A DNA stretch of 64,000 bases from Pseudomonadota bacterium. Its GTDB lineage: Bacteria; Pseudomonadota; Gammaproteobacteria; JAKAQQ01. Below, piece by piece: positions 50,079-59,590 of the stretch (position 1 is its first letter; every line of letters starts with the position of its first letter). A program made the translations under genes and the position numbers. The stretch lies in the NCBI GenBank assembly GCA_027338645.1, contig DAHWSH010000052.1, forward strand, positions 28,533 through 92,532. The letters run 5' to 3'. Below the pieces are notes generated by a model, which worked only from the letters and a program-made list of their open reading frames with translations, ran no database searches and was not told the DNA's origin.

Positions 50079-50941
50079 GCCGGCCGGACCTTGCCGAACA
50101 GATCGGCTGTGTACTCGCGGCTGGGATAATGGAACGGTACCGGTCCCTCAGCGCTCCCGCTCACGAACTGGCGAACCCACGGGCTTTCCATCTCCCGGAT
50201 GACGGCGGGAGATCCGGCTCCCTGCACACGGCCTTCCGCAATGAGATAGCACCAGTCCGCCACCTCGAGCATCTCGGTCACATCATGGCTCACAATGACA
50301 CTCGTGATGCCGAGGCTCCGGTTGAGATGGACGATGAGTCGCAGGATCATGCCCATGGCGATCGGATCCAGCCCGACCAAGGGCTCATCGTAGAACATGA
50401 TCAGGGGATCCAGGACAATCGAGCGCGCCAAGGCCACTCGACGGGCCATGCCTCCGGACAGTTCTGACGGGTAAAGCGAGTGGGCCCCCCGCAACCCCAC
50501 CGCCTCGAGCTTCATGAACACCAGATGGTGAATCAGCGCTTCCGCGAGGTGTGTGTGTTCCCGGACCGGAAAGGCGACATTTTCGAAAACCGAAAGATCC
50601 GTGAAGAGGGCGCCGTCCTGAAACAGGACCCCCATCCGCCGTCTCAGGCGGTAAAGCGCTTGGCGGGACAGCGCGCCCACTTCTTCGCCCCCCACCTCGA
50701 CCTGCCCCCGGAGGGCCTTCTTCTGCCCGGTCATGAGTTCGATCAGGGTACTCTTGCCGGATCCGCTCGGGCCCAGAATCGCCGTGATCTGCCCTTCCGG
50801 AACGGTGAGATCCAGGCCGGAAAAAACGACACGCGAACCGTAGCCGAAATCGACATCCTGGACGCGGATCGTATTCCGGCCCGAGGGCAATATGAAATCC
50901 GCCGAACCAGTCAACTGTCGGGAGGATGAGGGCGTCGTCAT
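50075..50941 (-). CDS. mlaF: ABC ATPase MlaF
   Basis: Walker A GPSGSGKST, signature LSGGMARRV, Walker B MFYDEP. Confidence 0.9.
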   Translation of the reverse strand: MTTPSSSRQLTGSADFILPSGRNTIRVQDVDFGYGSRVVFSGLDLTVPEGQITAILGPSGSGKSTLIELMTGQKKALRGQVEVGGEEVGALSRQALYRLRRRMGVLFQDGALFTDLSVFENVAFPVREHTHLAEALIHHLVFMKLEAVGLRGAHSLYPSELSGGMARRVALARSIVLDPLIMFYDEPLVGLDPIAMGMILRLIVHLNRSLGITSVIVSHDVTEMLEVADWCYLIAEGRVQGAGSPAVIREMESPWVRQFVSGSAEGPVPFHYPSREYTADLFGKVRPA

Positions 50942-50972
50942 GGGGATCTCGGGACGTGATGCCAGGTCGGCT

Positions 50973-51995
50973 TCAGGCCACTTTTTCCAGGTCCGGATGG
51001 TAGCGCCCCATGCTCGCCAGGCTGTTCAGGCGAACGCGTTGACTGAACAGCTCCTGCGCCTGCCGGATCCGGTCTTCCTTACCGGCCCACATGCGGAGCG
51101 GGGGTTCCTGGAGCGCCCGCGAGAAGGAAAAGGTGAGACGCCAGGGCAGGCGGGTGGCCAGCCGGTTGATGGCATCGAGATGCTGGGTGGCTTGTTCCGG
51201 GGACTGCCCCCCGGAAAGGAAAGCAATCCCGGGAACAGCCGCCGGCACCGTCCGGGCCAGGGTTTGCACCGTGGCCTGAGCCACGGTCTCCACGGATGCG
51301 GGCCGGTTGCATTGCGTTCCTGAAACCACCATGTTGGGCTTGAGGACCAGTGCCTCGAGCCGGACCCGGTAGGCCTTGAGGGCCATAAACAGCTGATCGA
51401 GGGCAGCCGTGGTCACGGTCTCGCAGCGATCCAGATCGTGACTGCCCTCCATGAGGACTTCCGGCTCCACAATCGGAACCATGCCGGCTTCCTGCACCAG
51501 TCCGGCATAACGGGCCAGAACCTCGGCATTGGCCTTGAGGGCCAGAGATGAGGGACGCTCTTCATCCACGCGAATCACGGCCCGCCACTTGGTAAAACGT
51601 GCACCTTGCCCCCGGTAGGCAGCCAGCCGCTCGTGCAGGCCGTCCAGTCCCTCGGTCACGGACTCATCGGGCTGCCCCGGCAGCGGTTTGATCCCCCGGT
51701 CCACCTTGATGCCGGGCAGGATGCCGCGATCCTCGAGAATCTGGACGAGCCGCCGGCCGTCCCGACCGATCTGGCTCAAGGTCTCTTCGTAAAGGATCAC
51801 GCCGGAGAGGTATTGGTCGATCCCCGGGCTCGAAAACAAGAGTTCGCGGTAATCCCGCCGCGTGATCTCCGTGGACGGAATCCCCACGGCCTGGAAGCGT
51901 TTTTCGATGGTTCCTGAACTTTCATCAGCCGCCAGGATACCCCGGTCCGGTGCCACCAACTGTTGCGCAAGAGCATCGAGCGGATGGGACTTCAT
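50973..51995 (-). CDS. Fructose-bisphosphate aldolase, class I
   Basis: GILAADES and Schiff-base lysine region LEALVLKPNMV. 340 aa from MKSHPLDAL. Confidence 0.8.
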   Translation of the reverse strand: MKSHPLDALAQQLVAPDRGILAADESSGTIEKRFQAVGIPSTEITRRDYRELLFSSPGIDQYLSGVILYEETLSQIGRDGRRLVQILEDRGILPGIKVDRGIKPLPGQPDESVTEGLDGLHERLAAYRGQGARFTKWRAVIRVDEERPSSLALKANAEVLARYAGLVQEAGMVPIVEPEVLMEGSHDLDRCETVTTAALDQLFMALKAYRVRLEALVLKPNMVVSGTQCNRPASVETVAQATVQTLARTVPAAVPGIAFLSGGQSPEQATQHLDAINRLATRLPWRLTFSFSRALQEPPLRMWAGKEDRIRQAQELFSQRVRLNSLASMGRYHPDLEKVA

Positions 51996-52312
51996 GGACG
52001 GGATCGGCGACCTTGGGGAAAAATCGGAGTGAGGATTATGATAACAGAAGTACTTCCGGCACTCCGAACCGGCCAAGGCGGGTGAGCTTCTGGCCAGGAC
52101 TCATGGTTTATGAGCGATCCGCGGTAGAGACCCGCAAAGGGTGGTTCTTTGCGGCGCTGGATTGCGCCATTGAAACCGACAGATTCGACGACTGCGCGGA
52201 TCGGTTCCGGAAACCTCACGCAGTGCCGAGCTCGGTCCGCACGGCGGATTCGGGACAGGGGTCCTTTCGCACGGGCGGGTGAGCCCGTCGACGTCGGGCA
52301 TTCCCACACCTG

Positions 52313-52675
52313 CTACAACGTATGCGTCGGCCCGACACCGGGAAGTTTTCCGGTCAACAGTTTTTCGAGCTTGAGTTGGGCGCCTTTGGCAGACTCCCCC
52401 ATGAACTGGACGCCGATCCCCTGGTTCGAGCCTTGGGCACGAAAGCGGTTTCCCGCACCCACCGGCGTGACCCAGACGACCTTTCCTTCGACTCCGACCG
52501 GCTGTGCTTCCCGGGGCAGTTCGATCAACAAATACACCGACTCCCCCAAATGAAAACCGGTCTCCATGGACAGGAAAAGCCCCCCCCCGCTGATGAACGG
52601 CATGTAGCAGCGATAGAGTTCATCCAGATCGGTGAAGGCGCGCTTGATGAGGCGGTTAGTCGAGTTTTGAGGCAT
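52313..52675 (-). CDS. pilZ: Type IV pilus assembly PilZ protein
   Basis: DELYRCYMPFISGGGLFL matches P. aeruginosa PA2960-type PilZ. Conserved pilZ-holB-tmk order. Confidence 0.7.
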   Translation of the reverse strand: MPQNSTNRLIKRAFTDLDELYRCYMPFISGGGLFLSMETGFHLGESVYLLIELPREAQPVGVEGKVVWVTPVGAGNRFRAQGSNQGIGVQFMGESAKGAQLKLEKLLTGKLPGVGPTHTL

Positions 52676-53582
52676 GCCGATTGACCTCCCGGGTAATACC
52701 CACCACCAGCGCTTCCAGGGCGAGCCGCTGATTGATGCCGGCCTGCGCCATGCGCTCGGTCTCGCGGGCCCGAGTATACAGGAGCTCGAGACTTTCCACG
52801 GGCAGGGCGCCCAGTCGACGTTCGAGGATTTGGGGCAACCGGGTCCGGACCGGCCAGCCCAGGCGCGCGCGACTTGTCGTCCACAGGCATTGGGACCAGA
52901 GACGGGCCTGGTCAGCCCATGTCAAAGGTGGGCGTTCCCGGACCCAGACCAAGGGACTCGTTTCCCCCTGAAACATCCGCTCGCATTCGCTCGCCCATTC
53001 CCCGACCAGCGCTTCCCACTCCGGGGTTCCAAGCCCGGAGCCGGTCTCTGGTGCGTGCAAGGTCCAGCGCTGGCAACGGCTCCTGAGCGTGGCCTTGAGG
53101 GCGCGGGGCCGACCGGATTCCATGAGGTAGAAGGCATGCGGGGGCGGTTCCTCCAGGGTCTTGAGAAAAGCATTCGCCGCCCCTTCCGTCAACCGGTTGG
53201 CGCGCGGAATCCAGCCCACTTTCCATCCACCACGATGGGCGGTCAGCGCCAGCGCGTCTTCCAGACTACGGATCTCGTCGATCCCGATCTGCTCGGGTTC
53301 CTCCGCGATGATCCGGAGATCGGGATGGGCATGACCCGCCTTCCGCTGCCGGCATGACCAGCAGCGACCACAGGGCGGTTCGTCGGATTCCGCCTCGCAT
53401 AAGAGCCGCTCGATGAGATGGGCTGCCAAAAGCCATCGCCGGGATTCGGTCGCTCCCGTGAGGAGGATCGCACCGGAATCCACCGTCCGGCCCCGTGCCG
53501 GGCCCAGCGTAGCCAACAACGCCTGAGGGATTCCCCAGTCGATCGGCTCGTCAGGAGTGCGCGCCGCTCCAGCCGGACTCAT
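52656..53582 (-). CDS. holB: DNA polymerase III subunit delta'
   Basis: AAA+-like P-loop region with zinc module CGRCWSCRQ. Confidence 0.8.
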   Translation of the reverse strand: MSPAGAARTPDEPIDWGIPQALLATLGPARGRTVDSGAILLTGATESRRWLLAAHLIERLLCEAESDEPPCGRCWSCRQRKAGHAHPDLRIIAEEPEQIGIDEIRSLEDALALTAHRGGWKVGWIPRANRLTEGAANAFLKTLEEPPPHAFYLMESGRPRALKATLRSRCQRWTLHAPETGSGLGTPEWEALVGEWASECERMFQGETSPLVWVRERPPLTWADQARLWSQCLWTTSRARLGWPVRTRLPQILERRLGALPVESLELLYTRARETERMAQAGINQRLALEALVVGITREVNRHASKLD

Positions 53583-54250
53583 CCCGATGGCTCCTCAGGC
53601 CGGATTGACGCCTGACTCTGCCAGGTCGCAAATCGATGGGTCAAGGCGGCTTCCAAAATCGCCCGGACCTCATCCGGAGGACGGCCACCCTCGATCCGGA
53701 TGAAGCGTTCGGGATCGGCCTCCCAGCGGGATCGATAAGCCGATCGCACCTGCTCATGCCAGTCGGGGCCCTCCCGTTCCATCCGGTTCAAATGCCCGCG
53801 CTGACGGACTCGCTCCAGTGCCTGATCGACGGGCGTGTCGAAGTAAAGCGTGAGGTCGGGCCGCCCGCCCGGTCCCAGCACCCAGTGTTCCAGTGTGGCG
53901 ATCCAGGCGAGAGGCAGGCCCCGCCCTCCCCCTTGGTAGGCATAGGTGGAATCGATGAAACGGTCACACAGCACCCAGATCCCGGACTCCAGTGCCGGCT
54001 CGATCCGTCGCACCCAGTGTTGCCGACGCGCGGCAAACACGAGCAAAAGCTCGGCCAGGCCGTCCGGTTCCTCGGCGGTCGGGGACAGCACCCATTCCCG
54101 GATCGTCTCGGCGAGTGGGGTTCCCCCCGGCTCGCGCGTCTCGACGAGCAGGACACCTTGGGCACGGATGAGATCACGGATCCACCCGGCCTGGGTGGTC
54201 TTTCCTGCACCGTCACCGCCCTCCAAGGTGATCAGGCGCCCCCGGCTCAC
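53579..54250 (-). CDS. tmk: Thymidylate kinase
   Basis: ITLEGGDGAGKTT P-loop, DRF motif. Confidence 0.9.
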   Translation of the reverse strand: MSRGRLITLEGGDGAGKTTQAGWIRDLIRAQGVLLVETREPGGTPLAETIREWVLSPTAEEPDGLAELLLVFAARRQHWVRRIEPALESGIWVLCDRFIDSTYAYQGGGRGLPLAWIATLEHWVLGPGGRPDLTLYFDTPVDQALERVRQRGHLNRMEREGPDWHEQVRSAYRSRWEADPERFIRIEGGRPPDEVRAILEAALTHRFATWQSQASIRPEEPSG

Positions 54251-55284
54251 GGTTTCTTCCCCTTCTTCCGCAGGAGATAGCGGGCAATGTGACGGTCCTG
54301 CTGACTCAGGGTGCGGGCAAAAATATGTCGCCCATTGCCCATCGCAACGAAGTAGAGATTCCGTCCGATCCGGGGATGGAGCGCGGCCAGAAGGGCGTTG
54401 CGGCTGGGATAGCAGATCGGCGAAGGTGGCAAGCCGCGATGACGATAGGTATTCCAGGGACTCGCCACCGCCATGTCACGCGCGGTCAACGCGCCCCGAA
54501 ACCGGGGGCCCAGTGCGTAGATGACCGTGGGATCACTCTCGAGCGGCATGCCGAGCTCCAGCCGACGAATAAAGACCCCGGCGATTTCCGGCCGCTCCTT
54601 CCGGTACGCCGATTCTTTTTCGATCAAGGAAGCCAGGATCAGGGCCTGGTAGGCGGTCTTGATGACCGGGTTCCGTTCACGATGGGCCCAAGCGCCTCCG
54701 AGGAAATCCGCCATCCGGTGATAGGCCCTCGCGAGGAGGGCGGCAACCGGTGTCTTCCCGGGAAAGAAGTAGGTTTCCGGCGCGAAAACCCCCTCCGGGC
54801 TCTCGTTGGGATGACCGACCTGCTCCATGGTCCAGGACGCCGAGAACCGGTGGTGCTTCGGCTTTTGGAGTTCGGGATCCGCAATCAGGGCCGCCCTGAG
54901 TTCGGAGAAGGTCTCCCCGGGAATGATCGTAAAGCGATGCAGGATGACCCGGCCGGCGACCAGGCGGCGCAGAAGCCCGACCTGGCTCATCCCAGACTGG
55001 ACCCGGTACTGTCCGGCCTCGAGCTTTCGCGCCACACCCGAAAGGCGTCCCAGGAGGTCGAAGGTCCACCACTCCGGCAGGATCCCTCGCGCTTCCAGGC
55101 GGTGACTCAGGCGATCGAGGGTCTCGGCCCGGTGCAGCGTCACCGTTTCGGCCTGCGGGAGATCGAGGGGGGTATTCACCGCCCAGAGCCAAAGACCCGC
55201 GGCGCCGGCAAAAGCCAAAAGCACCACGACGAATCCGGCCAAGAGAAGCCCTCGGAGGCTGCTCATTCCACCCATTTTTTTCAT
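54247..55284 (-). CDS. mltG: Endolytic murein transglycosylase MltG (YceG-like)
   Basis: N-terminal TM helix and YceG domain. Confidence 0.85.
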   Translation of the reverse strand: MKKMGGMSSLRGLLLAGFVVVLLAFAGAAGLWLWAVNTPLDLPQAETVTLHRAETLDRLSHRLEARGILPEWWTFDLLGRLSGVARKLEAGQYRVQSGMSQVGLLRRLVAGRVILHRFTIIPGETFSELRAALIADPELQKPKHHRFSASWTMEQVGHPNESPEGVFAPETYFFPGKTPVAALLARAYHRMADFLGGAWAHRERNPVIKTAYQALILASLIEKESAYRKERPEIAGVFIRRLELGMPLESDPTVIYALGPRFRGALTARDMAVASPWNTYRHRGLPPSPICYPSRNALLAALHPRIGRNLYFVAMGNGRHIFARTLSQQDRHIARYLLRKKGKKP

Positions 55285-55383
55285 CTGGCAGTGCTCGCTT
55301 CACGATACCGTCCCGCACCGCACCGGGGACATCCGGGCCGGAACCCCCCGGGAGGGCAGCCGGAGCAGGATGCCATCACGCGT

Positions 55384-56631
55384 TCAACGATACGCCTTGA
55401 AGACGAGAGTGCCGTTGGTACCGCCGAACCCAAAGGAGTTCGACAGGACGATATCCAGACGGGCCGGTCGGGACTCCTGGGGGACATAGTCCAGAATACA
55501 TCCCTCACCGGGCTGGTCCAGGTTGAATGTCGCCGGGATGACCTGATCGCGCAGTGCGAGCAGGCAGAAAATGGCCTCGATGGCCCCGGCTGCCCCCAGG
55601 AGGTGCCCGGTCACCGATTTGGTGGAACTCACGGCGACGTGTCGCGAGGCCGCTCCCCAGACGGCCTCGATCGCCCGGGATTCGGCGAGATCACCGACCA
55701 CGGTCGAGGTCCCGTGGGCATTGATGTAGTCGACATCGCCGGGTGCCAAGTGCGCATCTTTGAGGGCAAGCCGCATGCAGAGCGCCGCGCCTGCCCCATC
55801 TTCGGGAGGCGCAGTGATGTGGAAGGCATCGGCACTGACGCCAAAGCCGATGAGTTCCCCCCAGATCCGGGCTCCCCGGGCCCGCGCATGCTCGAGCGAT
55901 TCCAGAATCAGGACAGCGGCCCCGTCCGACAGCACGAAACCATCGCGATCCCGGTCCCAGGGCCGGCTGGCCCGGCCGGGATCTTCATTCCGGGTCGACA
56001 AGGCACGCGCCGCGCAAAAACCGGAGACCCCGCCGGGCGAGATGGCCATCTCGGCACCGCCCGCGAGCATCACATCCGCATCGCCCCGTTCAATGATCCG
56101 CGCCGCATAACCGATACAGTGGGTTCCCGTGGTACAGGCGGTGGCCAGTCCCAGGTTGGGGCCTCTCAGCTGATAGAGGATCGACAGATGTCCCGAGACC
56201 ATGTTGATGATGGAACTCGGTACGAAAAACGGTGAAACCTTTTTGGGTCCGTCGTAATCCCGGACCAGGTCACGGATCTTCTCGATGCTGAGGATCCCCC
56301 CGATCCCGGCACCGATGATCACGCCCCGACGTTCTGAAGCCGCTCCCTCGGCCACCTCCAGCCCGGCCGACTCGAAGGCCAACCGTCCCGCCGCCACCCC
56401 GTACTGCATGAAAGGGTCCATTTTGCGGGCCTCTTTCGGAACCAGGTACCGGTTGGGATCGAAATCCTTGACCTCACCGGCAAAACGGGTGGGATAGTTC
56501 GCGGCATCAAAATGAGTGATGGTGGAGAAACCGTGGCGTCCCTCGAGGACATTCTTCCACGCCGTCTCCACATCGACTCCGACCGGCGAGATCAGACCCG
56601 CGCCGGTGACCACGACCCGCGTGCCGGTCAC
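55384..56631 (-). CDS. fabF: Beta-ketoacyl-ACP synthase II
   Basis: Active-site Cys region ATACTTG and His/His motifs. 415 aa. Confidence 0.95.
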   Translation of the reverse strand: MTGTRVVVTGAGLISPVGVDVETAWKNVLEGRHGFSTITHFDAANYPTRFAGEVKDFDPNRYLVPKEARKMDPFMQYGVAAGRLAFESAGLEVAEGAASERRGVIIGAGIGGILSIEKIRDLVRDYDGPKKVSPFFVPSSIINMVSGHLSILYQLRGPNLGLATACTTGTHCIGYAARIIERGDADVMLAGGAEMAISPGGVSGFCAARALSTRNEDPGRASRPWDRDRDGFVLSDGAAVLILESLEHARARGARIWGELIGFGVSADAFHITAPPEDGAGAALCMRLALKDAHLAPGDVDYINAHGTSTVVGDLAESRAIEAVWGAASRHVAVSSTKSVTGHLLGAAGAIEAIFCLLALRDQVIPATFNLDQPGEGCILDYVPQESRPARLDIVLSNSFGFGGTNGTLVFKAYR

Positions 56632-56707
56632 GGCCCGACCCCCTTTTCAAGAGCCCGTCCCGGCACCCGCCTCCCGCCTCCGGACTGTCTGGATCTCCTA
56701 CCCCTGT

Positions 56708-56950
56708 TCAATGGGCCTCGGTATGGGCCTTGATGTAATCCACGGCCTGCTGGACAGTTGTGATCTTTTCGGCCTCCTCATCCGGAATCTCGCACTCGAA
56801 CTCCTCTTCCAGGGCCATCACCAGTTCCACATTATCCAGCGAATCGGCACCCAGATCGTCGACGAATGAGGCCTCAGGCTTGACCTGCTCTTCCTTGACG
56901 CCCAACTGCTCCACGATAATTTTCTTGACTCGCTCTTCAATATTGCTCAT
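56708..56950 (-). CDS. acpP: Acyl carrier protein
   Basis: LGADSLD phosphopantetheine attachment motif. 80 aa. Confidence 0.95.
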   Translation of the reverse strand: MSNIEERVKKIIVEQLGVKEEQVKPEASFVDDLGADSLDNVELVMALEEEFECEIPDEEAEKITTVQQAVDYIKAHTEAH

Positions 56951-57082
56951 GTGTCTCGAGTCCTCATCAGATTGACAAAATGACGCCGCGGCGCCGGAAG
57001 GGCAATTGTAGCTAAAAAAAATCCCCGATCCGCAACTCGGTTATGAAGTCCATAAGATTCATGACCTTTGACATGAAAGTGT

Positions 57083-57832
57083 TCATGACATGTACATGCC
57101 GCCATTGACCTGCAGGGTTTCTCCCGTGATGTATCCGGCCCCCTCCGAGGCCAAAAAGCCGACACAGGCGGCCACATCCTCGGGGGTGCCGAGCCGCCCC
57201 AGGGGAATCCGCTCCCTCAGCCGCTCCCGCTGTTGCGGGTTGAGCGTGCGGGTCATGTCGGTCTCGATGAAGCCCGGCGCCACAGCGTTGACCGTGATGC
57301 CCCGCGACCCCACTTCCTGGGCCAAAGAGCGCGTGAGGCCCAATAATCCCCCCTTCGCGGCCGCGTAGTTGACCTGGCCGGGATTGCCGGACAGAGCCAC
57401 CACGGAAGCCATGTTGATGATGCGGCCCCGCCGCTCCTTGAGCATGGTCCGCAGGCAGATCCGGGTGAGGCGGAAGACGGCGTTGAGGTCGACCTCGAGC
57501 ACCGTCTGCCAGGCGTCCTCGCCCATCCGGAGCATGAGGTCGTCGCGGGCGATCCCGGCGTTGTTGACCAGCACCCGGACTGGCCCGAAGCGACCTTCGA
57601 ATTCCCGCACGCTCTCCTCCAGCGCCCGCGCATCCGTCCGGCCGAGGTCGAGTGCCCAACCGACACCAGCCCAGCCGTGACGGGACAATAGTTCACCGAC
57701 CCGCGTGGCCCCAGACTCGGTCGTTGCCGTCCCGACCACGGTCAACCCGTCGGCGCCCAGGCGTTCGAGGATCGCCTGTCCGATTCCCCGGCTGGCCCCG
57801 GTGACTAAAGCAAAACCTGACTTTCCGTTCAT
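57083..57832 (-). CDS. fabG: 3-oxoacyl-ACP reductase
   Basis: TGASRGIG, NNAG, YAAAK catalytic motifs. Confidence 0.95.
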   Translation of the reverse strand: MNGKSGFALVTGASRGIGQAILERLGADGLTVVGTATTESGATRVGELLSRHGWAGVGWALDLGRTDARALEESVREFEGRFGPVRVLVNNAGIARDDLMLRMGEDAWQTVLEVDLNAVFRLTRICLRTMLKERRGRIINMASVVALSGNPGQVNYAAAKGGLLGLTRSLAQEVGSRGITVNAVAPGFIETDMTRTLNPQQRERLRERIPLGRLGTPEDVAACVGFLASEGAGYITGETLQVNGGMYMS

Positions 57833-57844
57833 GGATCTCCCCGG

Positions 57845-58774
57845 TCAACGGATTTCGGCATATTGAAGGATCGTCTCGCGGTTCTCAAGGCCCACATGCC
57901 CGAGCTCGGGCGCGATGCGCCGATTGAGACCGATGAGGACCCGTCCCGGGCCGCATTCCACGATGCGGGAAACCCCATACCGGTCCCGCAGATGCCGGAC
58001 CGTTTCCGTCCAGCGCACCGGACTTGCAAGCTGGGCCACCAGGGCTTCGCGGATGGACGCGGCTTCGAGATGCTCCTCGAGGTCGGCATTATGCACAACC
58101 GGCAGGACCGGTGGCTTGAGATCGACCTGGGCCAGTTCCTGAGCGTAGGCGCAGGATGCTTTCTTCATGAGCGAACTGTGGGCCGGCACGCTCACGGGCA
58201 GGAGGAGGGCCCTTTTCGCACCGGCGGCCCGGGCAGCCCCGATGGCCTGTTCCACGGCCACCCGCTCGCCCGCAATCACGACCTGGCCGGGGCAGTTGTA
58301 GTTGACGGCCTCGACGATCCCAGCGGTCACCGTCCGGCAGACCTCCTCGATGACGCCATCATCCAGGCCCAGAACGGCCGCCATGGCACCGGTGCCCGGC
58401 ACCACGGCCTCCTGCATGAGCCGCGCGCGCACCGCAACCAGGCGGGCCAGGGCCGGGATCTCGAGCACACCGGCCGCGTAGAGCGCCGCATATTCACCCA
58501 GGCTGTGACCGGCTACCGCGACCGGCATCATCCCCCCCTGGGCACGCTGGAGGGCATAAAAGGCGATGTCCGTCGCGAGCATGAGCGGTTGGGTCACGGT
58601 CGTGACATCCAAGGCCTCGGGGGGGCCCTCGATCGCGAGGCGCCTGAGATCCTGGCCGGCCGCCTGTGAAACCGTTTCAAAAATACCCACCAGAATGGGA
58701 TCGTGGGCGAGGTCCGCCAACATGCCGACCTTCTGCGATCCTTGACCCGGAAAAACCATGGCGATCTGGTTCAT
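57845..58774 (-). CDS. fabD: Malonyl-CoA-ACP transacylase
   Basis: FPGQGSQ and GHSLGEY active-site motifs. 310 aa from MNQIAMV. Confidence 0.9.
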   Translation of the reverse strand: MNQIAMVFPGQGSQKVGMLADLAHDPILVGIFETVSQAAGQDLRRLAIEGPPEALDVTTVTQPLMLATDIAFYALQRAQGGMMPVAVAGHSLGEYAALYAAGVLEIPALARLVAVRARLMQEAVVPGTGAMAAVLGLDDGVIEEVCRTVTAGIVEAVNYNCPGQVVIAGERVAVEQAIGAARAAGAKRALLLPVSVPAHSSLMKKASCAYAQELAQVDLKPPVLPVVHNADLEEHLEAASIREALVAQLASPVRWTETVRHLRDRYGVSRIVECGPGRVLIGLNRRIAPELGHVGLENRETILQYAEIR

Positions 58775-59463
58775 GGATGATCTCCAACGGGCGCTGAGGG
58801 AACTGGAGCTGCGGCTCTGGCCTGCCGGCGGTCCCTCCTGCGATCGAGGGCGATCCACAGGATGCCCAGAAGAGTCCCGGCGATCGCGCCATAGAGGTGG
58901 GCGATGGTGAGAATGGGACCGCCGATGGCCCAGTGCGAAGTCGGCAACGGTCCGAACAGCCGTTCGTAAGTCAGCTTGAGGATCAGGAAGGCCAAAAGCC
59001 AGCGCCCGCCCCACTCACGGCGGTAGACGGCGAGGAGCGCACCGGCGGCCCAGTAGGTATGGAGGACCCCCGAGATGCCATCGAACCAGAAAACCCCCGG
59101 CGAGAACAGGAAAACGCCAAGACCGACCGCCAAGGCGCCCACGGCCGTTGCGACCCAGAAACGCCGTACGCCGAGGATGGCACCAAAAAGCAGCCAGAGA
59201 AGGACGAATCCGGACAGGTCGAGTCCGAGATGCGCCCAGCTCGAGTGGATGAAATTCGCCGTGACGAGCCGCCACCACTGGCCCGCCAAGACCTTCCCTC
59301 GATCATAGCGGAGCGCATGCCGCATGGCCGCACCGCCGAACTGCAGGAAGGTACAGACCAGAACGATCACGATGGCCGGCCACGCTTCCCGGCCGGCCCG
59401 ACGGAGCCACTCGCGGACGGGAGGGCGGCGAGTTCGCCGGTGGGTTGCGGGAGAGGAAACCAT
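58771..59463 (-). CDS. Rhomboid-family intramembrane serine protease, rhombosortase-like
   Basis: 230 aa, about 6 TM helices. YDR...GQWWRLVTANFIHSSWAHL matches the rhombosortase N-terminal signature. Catalytic GISG serine and AHLYG histidine. Start overlaps the fabD stop. Confidence 0.6.
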   Translation of the reverse strand: MVSSPATHRRTRRPPVREWLRRAGREAWPAIVIVLVCTFLQFGGAAMRHALRYDRGKVLAGQWWRLVTANFIHSSWAHLGLDLSGFVLLWLLFGAILGVRRFWVATAVGALAVGLGVFLFSPGVFWFDGISGVLHTYWAAGALLAVYRREWGGRWLLAFLILKLTYERLFGPLPTSHWAIGGPILTIAHLYGAIAGTLLGILWIALDRRRDRRQARAAAPVPSAPVGDHP

Positions 59464-59475
59464 GCCTGACCTGTT

Positions 59476-59580
59476 TCAACTAGTGCTATGATGAGAACCG
59501 TACCCCGCCGCTTCAGGCACGATCCTTGCGGACGGTTGCAGGGTACAGGTTCTTCGCGTGTCGCTACAGGAACTAGTGTA
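59476..59580. promoter_or_regulatory. Low-GC divergent intergenic region with a repeated AACTAGTG motif
   Basis: The 127-nt spacer between rhombosortase and gspG is AT-richer than its surroundings. It carries two copies of AACTAGTG, each containing the ACTAGT palindrome, at 59479-59484 and 59572-59577, 93 nt apart. Confidence 0.2.
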
Positions 59581-59590
59581 ACCGATCCCC

